Shown in pieces: positions 1 through 8,731 of a stretch of DNA of 64,000 bases. Under the pieces are notes generated by a model, which saw only the letters and a list, made by a program, of their open reading frames with translations, was not told where the DNA came from and did no database searches. Numbering within the stretch: position 1 is the stretch's first letter; every line of letters starts with the position of its first letter. Source of the DNA: Candidatus Anderseniibacteriota bacterium (GTDB lineage Bacteria; Patescibacteriota; Andersenbacteria; UBA10190); NCBI GenBank assembly GCA_016197005.1, contig JACPWO010000001.1, positions 5,106 through 69,105 of the forward strand. Direction: 5' to 3'. Both the position numbers and the translations under genes were made by a program.

Positions 1-681
1 GCTTGGATAAATGAGCAGCCATTTGATGAGCGTCTCCATATTGCCTCCTGGTATCCTTCCGTAATTTCACCTTTCTTTGAGGGACGCACAATGAGTTTGT
101 CATCACGAGATGACCATAGGGTGGGGTATGTGGTGACGTACCGAAATATGCTGGGGCGAGCCGGTGATACGATTGCGAGTGACGTCCTCGATGAGTTTAG
201 GAATCAGGTGCCCGCTCATACCGTTTATATTCAGGGTATGCCGTACGTTTGGGTGTATACCGTTCTCGGCCCCTATTATTTCCGGCAAAATGTAGGCGAG
301 TTGGTAACTGGTGTTGAAGTAGCTCAAACGGTTCCCATTTCCTTTACTAATTGGAAACAGATTGATTTCGGTCTGGCAACATTTGGTCGGCAGAATACCG
401 CTCCTCTTACGCTCCATATTAGGGAAGAGAAAAATGGACCAGACATCCGTACAGTTACAATTTCAACGGAGAATATTCCAGATCAAGGCTGGCAACCTTT
501 TGAATTTGCCGAAATTCCTAACTCCGCTGGTAAAACATATTATGTCGCGTTGACGAGCGAAATCGGACGACCAGGGAATGCGGTAACAGTTCGCTATTCG
601 AGTGAAGACTTTATGGCTGGTGTGGCTGTGTTTGGCGGCCGCGAGCGCGAAGGAGACTTAGCGTACCGACTCCAACCGTAA
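1..681 (+). CDS. C-terminal part of a GT-C-family membrane glycosyltransferase paralog (5' end lies outside the window)
   Basis: Frame 1 is open from nt 1 with no stop before the listed Met at 91. The translation (…NEQPFDERLHIASWY…VVTYRNMLGRAGD…HTVYIQGMPYVWVYTV) matches the conserved C-terminal domain of the paralogs at 6678..8624, 17968..19461 and 40049..41581. Confidence 0.6.
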   Translation, partial: AWINEQPFDERLHIASWYPSVISPFFEGRTMSLSSRDDHRVGYVVTYRNMLGRAGDTIASDVLDEFRNQVPAHTVYIQGMPYVWVYTVLGPYYFRQNVGELVTGVEVAQTVPISFTNWKQIDFGLATFGRQNTAPLTLHIREEKNGPDIRTVTISTENIPDQGWQPFEFAEIPNSAGKTYYVALTSEIGRPGNAVTVRYSSEDFMAGVAVFGGREREGDLAYRLQP

Positions 682-2488
682 GAAGAGAAATACTTACCCC
701 AAGAAGAAAGCCGGGCGAACGATACTGAAAGATGAGACGATGAGTGCCACCTACTTCTACTATCCAACCAACGCGGTTACTAATATTTTGCGCGGGTTGT
801 CCATTTACTTGCCACCCACTGGCGTAATTCGTATTGAGAATTACTGGTGTATCGGGTGGAGTTTCAACTTTCAATACAACTCGGTTTGGTGACCATTCTT
901 CAATAGTGTATGTTCCGCGTTCGTGCGTTTGTTCATTCTCTATATAGGCTGTGCCGTTGCCAATTTCGTCAGTTACCACTCGGACCGCTGGGGAAGGAGT
1001 AAGTACCGAGCAGTAATTCATACTGCCATATCCTTGGAGAATATCGGTGTACGCTCGAGAGTAGTCAACCTCATTATGACGTGTTTTGTAGGCAAAAGGT
1101 GAGTGTTGTAGTGGTTCCTTGGCGGGTGGTAAGGATTCCAGTGACCGCGGAAGAACAAATGCCTGCTCAGATAAGGGGTAGGACATAGTAAAGAGATCGA
1201 GAGCGATAAGAGCGAGGATTACGTAACTTATACCGCGCGTAGCAGCTTTCTTTTTGTTTTTTATTAAACTCTCCATACCAAATCCGGACAACAAAGAGAT
1301 TGGAATAACAGCGAATAGAACAACACGAGAAATATTCGATCGGGGGAACCACGAAGCTTGATCGAAGAAAGGTTTCAGGGTAGGCCCCGTCGAAGATAGG
1401 AGAATAGCCAGTATGGTACTCATACCAAGTCCAACGACAACGCGCCGCCGCCAATTAAAAATCACTCCGATACACGCCAAAACGGCGGCTACGGGCCCTA
1501 TATATGCCCCATATTCATGCCAACCACTCCCTTGATTTGGAATAACGTTCTCGACTCCATGTAGGTATCGTCCCAAGAAAATTTTGTGGAGTGATCCCAA
1601 CGTAGACGTAGAGCCGGCATACATTTGATCCTGAAACTGAGATAGCCATAGCAACACAGGGATAAGTTTTACCGCTGCCAGTCCTAACGCCCACAAACCA
1701 CTGTGAATATTAACCACCCAAGCATCTTTCTTTCGAGAAGTGAAAAATGGAAGGATAAGAAAAGCGAGAGCAGTGTACATCAGTAGGTAGATGCCGCCTT
1801 GGAAGAAAGTAAAGGCTAAGAAAATACCAGTAATAATATTCCACTTCGTAGATTTTTCGCGGTACGCAGCTAGCCAAGCCCAAAAGATCCACGGAATAAA
1901 CATGGCTGCAAATACATTGGGATGTCCTTCAACAATTTCCAGTAAGGTTACAGAACCAAATGTTGCTACCATACTTGCAACAAGTGAAGAGTACACAGAC
2001 AGGCCCAGACGCTTTCCTAAAAGGAGCATACCAACTCCGCCGACAGCGGTTGCTAGCCAAATAGCGAGTGGAAAGCCGTTTTCAATACCAAAGGCGAGCT
2101 CCACTAAGAAGGTAGGAGTGAAGAAACGAAATTCTGGATCGGCTAGGGCAGCAGTTCCTCCACAGATATATGGATTCCAGTGAGGAAGTTGGTGGTAGGT
2201 AAGAATTGTCTCGCGGTAAGAATGATGGAGAGAAAAATAATAATCCCAATCAGAGATTCCAAGCTGCCCGGTTGAAAACCAAAACCCGAGGGTGGCGAGC
2301 GGGGTAATAGCAACAATAATAAGAGCAGCTAACTGCCAACGCAGACGAGGAAAGAAACGGATAAGCAATATGCCGAGTAGAAATATGCCAGCAACAACCA
2401 CTCCTTGGTGCACGCCAAAGAGGGTATCCGGTGTTATCCTGAGCCACTCAAGGACGAACGTAGATACGGGATTCATAGAGGACGTCAT
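611..2488 (-). CDS. large polytopic membrane protein, family unassigned; N-terminal region is a paralog of 42271..44283
   Basis: 625 aa ORF with more than 10 hydrophobic helices and a roughly 150 aa hydrophilic C-terminal domain. It shares a Trp/Pro-rich N-terminal region with the 42271 protein. No catalytic motif recognised. Confidence 0.55.
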   Translation of the reverse strand: MTSSMNPVSTFVLEWLRITPDTLFGVHQGVVVAGIFLLGILLIRFFPRLRWQLAALIIVAITPLATLGFWFSTGQLGISDWDYYFSLHHSYRETILTYHQLPHWNPYICGGTAALADPEFRFFTPTFLVELAFGIENGFPLAIWLATAVGGVGMLLLGKRLGLSVYSSLVASMVATFGSVTLLEIVEGHPNVFAAMFIPWIFWAWLAAYREKSTKWNIITGIFLAFTFFQGGIYLLMYTALAFLILPFFTSRKKDAWVVNIHSGLWALGLAAVKLIPVLLWLSQFQDQMYAGSTSTLGSLHKIFLGRYLHGVENVIPNQGSGWHEYGAYIGPVAAVLACIGVIFNWRRRVVVGLGMSTILAILLSSTGPTLKPFFDQASWFPRSNISRVVLFAVIPISLLSGFGMESLIKNKKKAATRGISYVILALIALDLFTMSYPLSEQAFVLPRSLESLPPAKEPLQHSPFAYKTRHNEVDYSRAYTDILQGYGSMNYCSVLTPSPAVRVVTDEIGNGTAYIENEQTHERGTYTIEEWSPNRVVLKVETPPDTPVILNTNYASGWQVNGQPAQNISNRVGWIVEVGGTHRLIFQYRSPGFLLGVSISLLTVGVGTLSLLRARGRQTQPHQP

Positions 2489-4712
2489 CTTTTCCTTGAG
2501 AACGATATTTCGCTACTTCCTTCCATGGCTGAGGCATAGAAGTAATATACTCGCTTGAGCTCACATCAATAATAGTATGTATGTCATTGGTCAAGGGCTG
2601 TCCCTCTGCCAAGATCGTCACCTGCGATATAGGAAGATAAAAGGCAGCCGGTAAATTAAGTTCTTCAATAGCATAGCGCGGTTCAAAAGACCGAGCTGTC
2701 CGGGCCGCCCGGTATAAAACAGAATCTAGAGCTGCCGTGAGATTATGGGCATCAATATATTGATCGACTTTATTGAAAATAAGCAGACTACCAATGACAA
2801 AGGGTATGAGAGCGACGACCGGGAAAAAACGAGCGGCCGTAAAACGAACACTGCGAGGCATAAGCGCTGCTGCGATCATCAAGCATATTAAGGGATATGA
2901 CTGTTGGTAGTGCTTCGCAAACGGATGGAACCATATGGCGATAAGTATCTGTGAGGCAAGAACGATCGTCACTAAAATGCCACGCCAGCCGGCGCTTGCG
3001 AGAAAAGGCAGTGGTGCTGCAATTGTGATGCCAGTAATAAGAATGGGAATAAGTTTATTCATTTTTAGCGGATCACTGATTGTCAGCCAGATTGCCCATC
3101 CAATTACAGCAACCGCAATTACGCCAGCAACTATTTGTACTGATTGAGGAAATGACTCTTTTCGCTTCATCCAATAAATCCACCAGGCTAGCACTCCAAA
3201 AAGAGCTAGAGAAACGTACCCGCTGTCATACGGCAAAATGAGTTCTTCTTGTGTCCACGATCGCTTCCACATCGAAGAAATAATTGACCATGTTGAAATG
3301 GAAGCGTCAGAAAAGGCTTGGAATGAGTCAACGATTTGTAGTCGCTCTCCCTCAAAATAGGGTGTGTATACAGGGTTACCATAACGAACTGCATTGTTCA
3401 CAAAAAATGGAAGCACCAGGAAAAAAGCTGGTAAAAACATCCGCAGCAACACAAAAGAAGTTTTTTTAAGTGTGGAATGCTTGGCGCGTATCCCAATAAT
3501 TTCTTGACTGATCGTAGCGGCTAACAAAATAGCAGCTAGCAAAAAGCCTTCCTGTCTTGTCATAGCGGCATATCCGATCGTTATTCCAAAAACAATTTGC
3601 TGCCAGTGATGCCGACGATTGAAAAATAGAACCAGACTTAAAAGAAGGAGACAAGCATATACGGTATACGGCTCAGAACGTAGCGATGTTTCGAAGAAAT
3701 CTCGCTGGAATGCAAGTAAAGCCGCTGCGGTAAAAGCGGCCGGCCATGGGAGTAAAAGACTTCGGGCGAGAAGGTAGACGAGGATAATTGAGAAGGCAGC
3801 AGCGACACTGGAAATACTACGCATGTACGTGTGAGCATCGATCGTGGGATTTATTACTGCTGGAATGAGAAGAATTGGATATCCCGGTAGTCGTTTATCG
3901 AATTCAAACGGATTTTTGAATTTAGTTAGACGAGCAGCAATAGAAAGATAGTTGTAGGGATCTCCTCCGGACACGCCTCCCAAATTCTCCTCGATATCAA
4001 GCCGAAGATTTAACGTAAGTGCCGCTAAACAAATAACTATTCCCAATCCCACTGCTTTCTGCTTTTGTGCTGACAGATGCCGCCAACCAAATCTTCCAAC
4101 GAGGAGAGTAAAAATAATAAGGAGAGCTAACAGCGACCCACTTACTATAAGTTCTTCTTGGTACTTTTCTGCCAAAGTAGCAATTGATTGCCAGAGTGGT
4201 ACTTCCTCTTTAAGACTAACTGCGAACGTTCCTGCCTGTGGTCGCCCCTTCTCGTAGCGAATTAATGATGAAGGGGTGTAATTAGGATCATACCGCCAGC
4301 CAATGGCAGATGCTTGGGTAGCGTCAGGAACGGATACGTCAATACGAAGCTTTCCTGCTTCTGCTGCAATAGGTGGATCTAGGAGAATGGTAGCAAAGCG
4401 ATCGTCGCGAATTTCTGAAGAGGGAATAATGCCAGTAAAAATAGATTGGTCATCTGACAGACGAACTATTTCAATATGAATTGGAGATGGAGACCCCGTA
4501 TTACGAATGTCACTCATGATGAGCCCTAATCCCAATAGTGGTTTTTCAAAAGAAATTTCCTGCGACAAGGTACGATCGCCGAACAGAAGCCGGTGAGTGT
4601 TATATGAGTCGACGCCCTCGCTTATAATTGTTTGCCGTGAGGCTGGTAAGAAAGCTCCGATAATAGCAACGACAACGAGTAGAGTTATACTTAACACGAC
4701 ACGGGTGTTCAT
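2448..4712 (-). CDS. GT-C-fold membrane glycosyltransferase with N-terminal anchored extracytoplasmic domain
   Basis: 754 aa. It has an N-terminal signal-anchor helix, a roughly 200 aa soluble domain, then a multi-TM PMT_2/ArnT-like region (…AAMTRQEGFLLAAILLAA…). The architecture is shared with 12806, 15557 and 37755. Confidence 0.6.
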   Translation of the reverse strand: MNTRVVLSITLLVVVAIIGAFLPASRQTIISEGVDSYNTHRLLFGDRTLSQEISFEKPLLGLGLIMSDIRNTGSPSPIHIEIVRLSDDQSIFTGIIPSSEIRDDRFATILLDPPIAAEAGKLRIDVSVPDATQASAIGWRYDPNYTPSSLIRYEKGRPQAGTFAVSLKEEVPLWQSIATLAEKYQEELIVSGSLLALLIIFTLLVGRFGWRHLSAQKQKAVGLGIVICLAALTLNLRLDIEENLGGVSGGDPYNYLSIAARLTKFKNPFEFDKRLPGYPILLIPAVINPTIDAHTYMRSISSVAAAFSIILVYLLARSLLLPWPAAFTAAALLAFQRDFFETSLRSEPYTVYACLLLLSLVLFFNRRHHWQQIVFGITIGYAAMTRQEGFLLAAILLAATISQEIIGIRAKHSTLKKTSFVLLRMFLPAFFLVLPFFVNNAVRYGNPVYTPYFEGERLQIVDSFQAFSDASISTWSIISSMWKRSWTQEELILPYDSGYVSLALFGVLAWWIYWMKRKESFPQSVQIVAGVIAVAVIGWAIWLTISDPLKMNKLIPILITGITIAAPLPFLASAGWRGILVTIVLASQILIAIWFHPFAKHYQQSYPLICLMIAAALMPRSVRFTAARFFPVVALIPFVIGSLLIFNKVDQYIDAHNLTAALDSVLYRAARTARSFEPRYAIEELNLPAAFYLPISQVTILAEGQPLTNDIHTIIDVSSSEYITSMPQPWKEVAKYRSQGKDDVLYESRIYVRP

Positions 4713-4733
4713 AATTTGATAGTATAGCGGTAT

Positions 4734-6164
4734 ATGAGGACTGATAAAGCAACGATTTTTATACTTTTTACCCTCTTTTGCTTAGCTAATGTAGCATTTC
4801 TTAACCGTGTCCCAGGGTTACTTGGAGATGAAGCTTCGGAAGGTGAAAATGTGTATGAACTTCTTACGAATGATTCGATTACGGTAGTAGGCGAACGATC
4901 ATATATCGGCCCAGCGATTGATTACGTACGTGTGCCTTTTGCCGCTGTTTTTGGATATACAACTCTGGCACTGCGAATACCAATGTTCATATTCTCGGTC
5001 GCCACTTTTTGGTTAGCCTGGAGTGTCCTTAAAAAACAATTTGGGGAAACAACTGCACTGTATGCACTCACATTACTTACGTTTTCTCCTGTCTATGTAC
5101 TCTATCAACGTCTGGGTTGGGCAATTACACTTTTCCCGTTCTTTACATTTCTTATCATTTGGTTGGCACAGCAATCATGGCGAACAAAGTGGTTATGGGT
5201 TGGGGTAGCAGCCGGGTTAGGATTGGCTAATCATATTTTATTTTTACCGATACTGGTTGGATTTATTAGCGGATATATTACTTTTGCTGTGGTGCGGCGC
5301 CTGTTGTTATCCACTAACCGCTCAACTAGTTCCCAGTCATTGTGGCATACGGTTTTACTGGGCGTTATTACCGCATGCGTTGGCTTTTGGGCTGGATTTG
5401 GCATGCAATTTGCTGTGTTGCAATTGCATACGGACGATCAAGGTAGCATCAAGGCTACCACCCAGCTTTTCTCGGAACGGGTGAGCGATTTTATTAGTGC
5501 CGCTCCGCTGTACATCTCCGGCTCATCGTATGTTGCTCAATATATGGGACAGGAATTCACACCAAGTATCACATTACTAGTTGTAATCGTCTTATTAGTT
5601 CTTGTCGGTGTAGCAATTATTTTGAATTGGAGAAATCCGTACTTGTGGGCGTATGTTTTGGGGCTGGTGCTGCATCTCTCTGCCATGCTGTACATGATCG
5701 ATCGATTTAATTTAAGGTACTTCACAACATTTGCCCTAGGCATTTGGCTTCTGGCCGGTATGGGTTTGGGGAGCATATTACGCCGGGTACCGAAAATGCA
5801 GATCGGCGTACCACCTTTAGCGGTCCTGTTGCTTCTTTGGCTCGCAGGAGGTGTTCTTATCCCATTTCTTCACACCGGAGGAGCAGTCGCTGAGTTTTCG
5901 CTTGGTAATCGCACGAATGATGCTGCGGCGTTTGTAGACACCCGACCGCTCATTAGTTGTTTACGAGGGAAAGGTCCACTTTACTCGGAAAATATTCACA
6001 TCTGGAACCGATTACAATATCTAAGTCACTACTATGATGATTTAGTAGTAGTGCCTGAAGATCGAAAGAGAGAGGCAACAGTACAGGTGGCGTATATGGA
6101 TCCGAAAATATCGTATCGAGGAGGAATTTGTCCTGATCTGCAGCATTTCCAGGTGGGAAATTGA
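4734..6164 (+). CDS. GT-C-fold (PMT_2/ArnT-like) membrane glycosyltransferase
   Basis: 476 aa, multi-pass membrane protein with an acidic first loop (LLGDEASEGEN) and a PMT_2-like TM arrangement. The start is only 21 bp from the divergent upstream gene. Confidence 0.55.
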   Translation: MRTDKATIFILFTLFCLANVAFLNRVPGLLGDEASEGENVYELLTNDSITVVGERSYIGPAIDYVRVPFAAVFGYTTLALRIPMFIFSVATFWLAWSVLKKQFGETTALYALTLLTFSPVYVLYQRLGWAITLFPFFTFLIIWLAQQSWRTKWLWVGVAAGLGLANHILFLPILVGFISGYITFAVVRRLLLSTNRSTSSQSLWHTVLLGVITACVGFWAGFGMQFAVLQLHTDDQGSIKATTQLFSERVSDFISAAPLYISGSSYVAQYMGQEFTPSITLLVVIVLLVLVGVAIILNWRNPYLWAYVLGLVLHLSAMLYMIDRFNLRYFTTFALGIWLLAGMGLGSILRRVPKMQIGVPPLAVLLLLWLAGGVLIPFLHTGGAVAEFSLGNRTNDAAAFVDTRPLISCLRGKGPLYSENIHIWNRLQYLSHYYDDLVVVPEDRKREATVQVAYMDPKISYRGGICPDLQHFQVGN

Positions 6165-6618
6165 CAAAAAAGAATAAAGGATTATTGTGTTTGTAGCCGC
6201 GGCGAGTTCAGGCCCGCATTTGCCGCAGGTAAAGGAGTGGTTCTAGCTCGTGCTGGAATCACTCCCGAATCCAAGCCGTTCTTTTCAGGGCTAGAACGGA
6301 TAAGATAATATGGTGTATCGCTGTGGAGGGTACTAGGAATTTGATGTAATTGTTGCATCAAACCATCTACAGCAACCTCGATGGAGAAAAGGCTATGAAG
6401 AGCCTCAGCTGTTTTAAGAAAAATTGAAAACACCTCGGCGCCGGCCATCTTCCTCCACCTCGCCAAGGAGACACCATGAACCGTATTCGCGGTCCCCCGT
6501 GAGTACCCGCTGTCGCGTTGATCCGTTACCACAAGGTGTCGAGTGGACTTTGTCCCTCAGGTGATTCAGCACGCTAGGTCGTTGCTGTCACAATGAAAAT
6601 ACTCGTCACTTGTGCGCC

Positions 6619-6653
6619 GCCCCGCTGCTACATGCACGGGGCTTTCTTTTTTT
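6619..6653 (+). terminator. rho-independent terminator (GCCCCG, 12 nt loop, CGGGGC, then TTTCTTTTTTT)
   Basis: Read directly: a 6 bp GC stem at 6619-6624 / 6637-6642 followed by a U-tract. It lies at the 3' end of the roughly 450 nt non-coding stretch 6165..6677. Confidence 0.5.
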
Positions 6654-6677
6654 ATACAAAGCAGTAGTGTAGTGGGC

Positions 6678-8624
6678 ATGTTCAAGGACTGGAGGACCTA
6701 TAAGATAGATATCCTTTTTGTTTTACTTATTTTTTTCGTTGCCCTTATTCCACGAATCGTCGATCTAGGTATATTTTTAACTGCTGACGAAAAAAACTGG
6801 ATTGGCCGATCCTATGAGTTTATTAAAGCGTTTAAAGATGTTCGGCTGAACGATATGTTGCAGACTACCCATCCTGGGGTACCGGCGTTGTGGCTTATGG
6901 GAATAGCCGTTACGGCAAAAATGTTTTTATCCCATATTCCGTTTTCGTCTGACACACTTCCTCAATTTATCTGGGCCACTCAGTTTCCCATCGCTTTCGT
7001 CAATGCACTCGCGGTGCCTACTATATACATTTTCCTTCGCAAACTAACTTCTGGTTACAAGATCCCTATTATTGCATCTCTCTTTATTGCTTTGGACCCA
7101 TTTATTATCGGCTATTCGCGGGTCGCTCACGTCGATGCACTTGTCATGAGCTTCCTATCTTTAGCAGCCCTCGCGACCATTATCTATGTTAGTAAGAACT
7201 TTGATCGACGCTGGCTGCTTGTTTCTGCCGTATTGTCCGGTTTGGCAATACTGACCAAGGCCCCAGCGATATATATAATTCCATTTTTCTGGTTAGCGGT
7301 GCTTTGGAAAAATGGCCTAAAACACTTTTCTTGGGATGGTCTCTCCGGGCGAGTACGGGATTTTGTCCTCTGGTCTCTTTTGATTGCAGTCATGATCGCA
7401 GTTATCTGGCCGGTATTTATTACGGTCGTAAACCCAAAGGGAAATGCAAATATATTACGACGTGACCTAAGTGTGGCTATAGCGACACCACATCACATGT
7501 CTGAAAACTATTCAGTGAAGGCTTGGCATTACCCAGCCGCTTTGCTAGTACGAACGAACCCCGTAACACTTGTGTTTGCTCTAGTGGCGGTCCTTTGGGT
7601 TGTGGTTGCAAGCATTCGCCGGCAGTCATCTCCGACCACCTATTGGTTACTCATAGCGTATGTTTTCTTCTTCGTTCTAATGATGACGCTTGGGGCCAAG
7701 AAGGGGGATCGGTATATACTGCCGGTCTTCCCGGCTATTGATGTATTAGCAGCAATTGGTCTCGTGTCCTTGGTAAAATTTACTAAATCCAGCTCTTTTA
7801 CAAAGTTGCTTCCAGCAGCTGCTGTTTTATATCTCGCCTTTACGGTATATACATATCACCCATACGCATTGGCGTATGCGAACCCCTTCTTTCCAGATAA
7901 TTTGAGCCAGGAGTTGGGGTGGGGTGAGGGACTGGAACAAGTAGCAAACTGGTTCAACGAGAACGATCCCAAAGCTCACGTCGCCTCTTGGTATGACCAA
8001 GAGCTTGGTGCATATACGACTGCGCGCGTTGTTTCGATTGGAGCGCACGAGCAACCACATATTAAATACGTCGTGCTATACAAAAACATGTTTGGTAGAG
8101 CGGCTGATCATCCAGCAAATGATTATATTGACGAATATTACAAAAAACGAGAGCCAGTATTTGTCGCGCACGTTCTTGGGAAGGAGTTTGCCTGGGTTTA
8201 TAAGAAGCAGGTGTATGAAACAATAACCGGCGAACTTTTACCGGGACAAAAAGTTAAACAAGTACTTGCTGCTGATACCGAGCCAATCGTTGGTCTTGAT
8301 ATCCAGATGGCTACATACAACGGGCGGGCAACAAGCGGGCAGGTAATAATAACATTAGAAGATTCCACCGAGAATCTGATCCATACCTGGACTATTCCCG
8401 TCTCCGACATTGCAGATGACAGCTGGCGCCGTCTCTTACTGCCTACACGTGCAGAAAAAGGAGAAATGCACGTTAGTATAACTGCCGAAGGGACTACTCG
8501 AGGGAATGCTCCGACTATTCGACGTACAACCGAGGGAATAGTAGCGGTTCGACTTTTATACGGTATACCCAGCAACCCCTACCACTCCGAGCAAACCAAG
8601 TTACTCCCTTCAAAGCTTAAATAG
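6678..8624 (+). CDS. GT-C-fold glycosyltransferase (GT39/83-like DE motif) with conserved C-terminal domain family
   Basis: The ORF-track start at 6612 would read through the terminator hairpin, so the start is moved to ATG 6678 (MFKDWRTY…). It has the loop-1 motif TADEKNW, many TM helices, and a C-terminal GWGEGLEQ / YVVLYKNMFGRAADHP block shared with four paralogs. Confidence 0.6.
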   Translation: MFKDWRTYKIDILFVLLIFFVALIPRIVDLGIFLTADEKNWIGRSYEFIKAFKDVRLNDMLQTTHPGVPALWLMGIAVTAKMFLSHIPFSSDTLPQFIWATQFPIAFVNALAVPTIYIFLRKLTSGYKIPIIASLFIALDPFIIGYSRVAHVDALVMSFLSLAALATIIYVSKNFDRRWLLVSAVLSGLAILTKAPAIYIIPFFWLAVLWKNGLKHFSWDGLSGRVRDFVLWSLLIAVMIAVIWPVFITVVNPKGNANILRRDLSVAIATPHHMSENYSVKAWHYPAALLVRTNPVTLVFALVAVLWVVVASIRRQSSPTTYWLLIAYVFFFVLMMTLGAKKGDRYILPVFPAIDVLAAIGLVSLVKFTKSSSFTKLLPAAAVLYLAFTVYTYHPYALAYANPFFPDNLSQELGWGEGLEQVANWFNENDPKAHVASWYDQELGAYTTARVVSIGAHEQPHIKYVVLYKNMFGRAADHPANDYIDEYYKKREPVFVAHVLGKEFAWVYKKQVYETITGELLPGQKVKQVLAADTEPIVGLDIQMATYNGRATSGQVIITLEDSTENLIHTWTIPVSDIADDSWRRLLLPTRAEKGEMHVSITAEGTTRGNAPTIRRTTEGIVAVRLLYGIPSNPYHSEQTKLLPSKLK

Positions 8625-8674
8625 AGCTTAATAGAGCCGCTAATAGTCGCTGCTACTAAGGCAGTAAAATAGAT

Positions 8675-8703
8675 TTGACATATTTTCTAATATCATGTAA
8701 GAT
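8675..8703 (+). promoter_or_regulatory. sigma70-type promoter, TTGACA-17-TAAGAT
   Basis: The -35 box TTGACA is at 8675-8680, followed by a 17 nt spacer and the -10 box TAAGAT at 8698-8703. An AAGGT Shine-Dalgarno sequence sits at 8724-8728, ahead of the ATGs at 8732 and 8741. Confidence 0.5.
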
Positions 8704-8731
8704 GTCGAGTTAAATTCTAATTTTAAGGTTT

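Noticed and set aside
6182-6532. 116 aa minus-strand ORF inside the long intergenic region
   Set aside because: It has no start context, no recognisable domain and atypical composition. The region ends with a plus-strand intrinsic terminator, so a non-coding RNA or 3' UTR is more likely. Kept only as a remote possibility.
6612-6677. ORF-track start codon for the 6612..8624 gene
   Set aside because: The first 22 codons would be translated straight through the GC hairpin plus T-tract terminator. The start is moved to ATG 6678.
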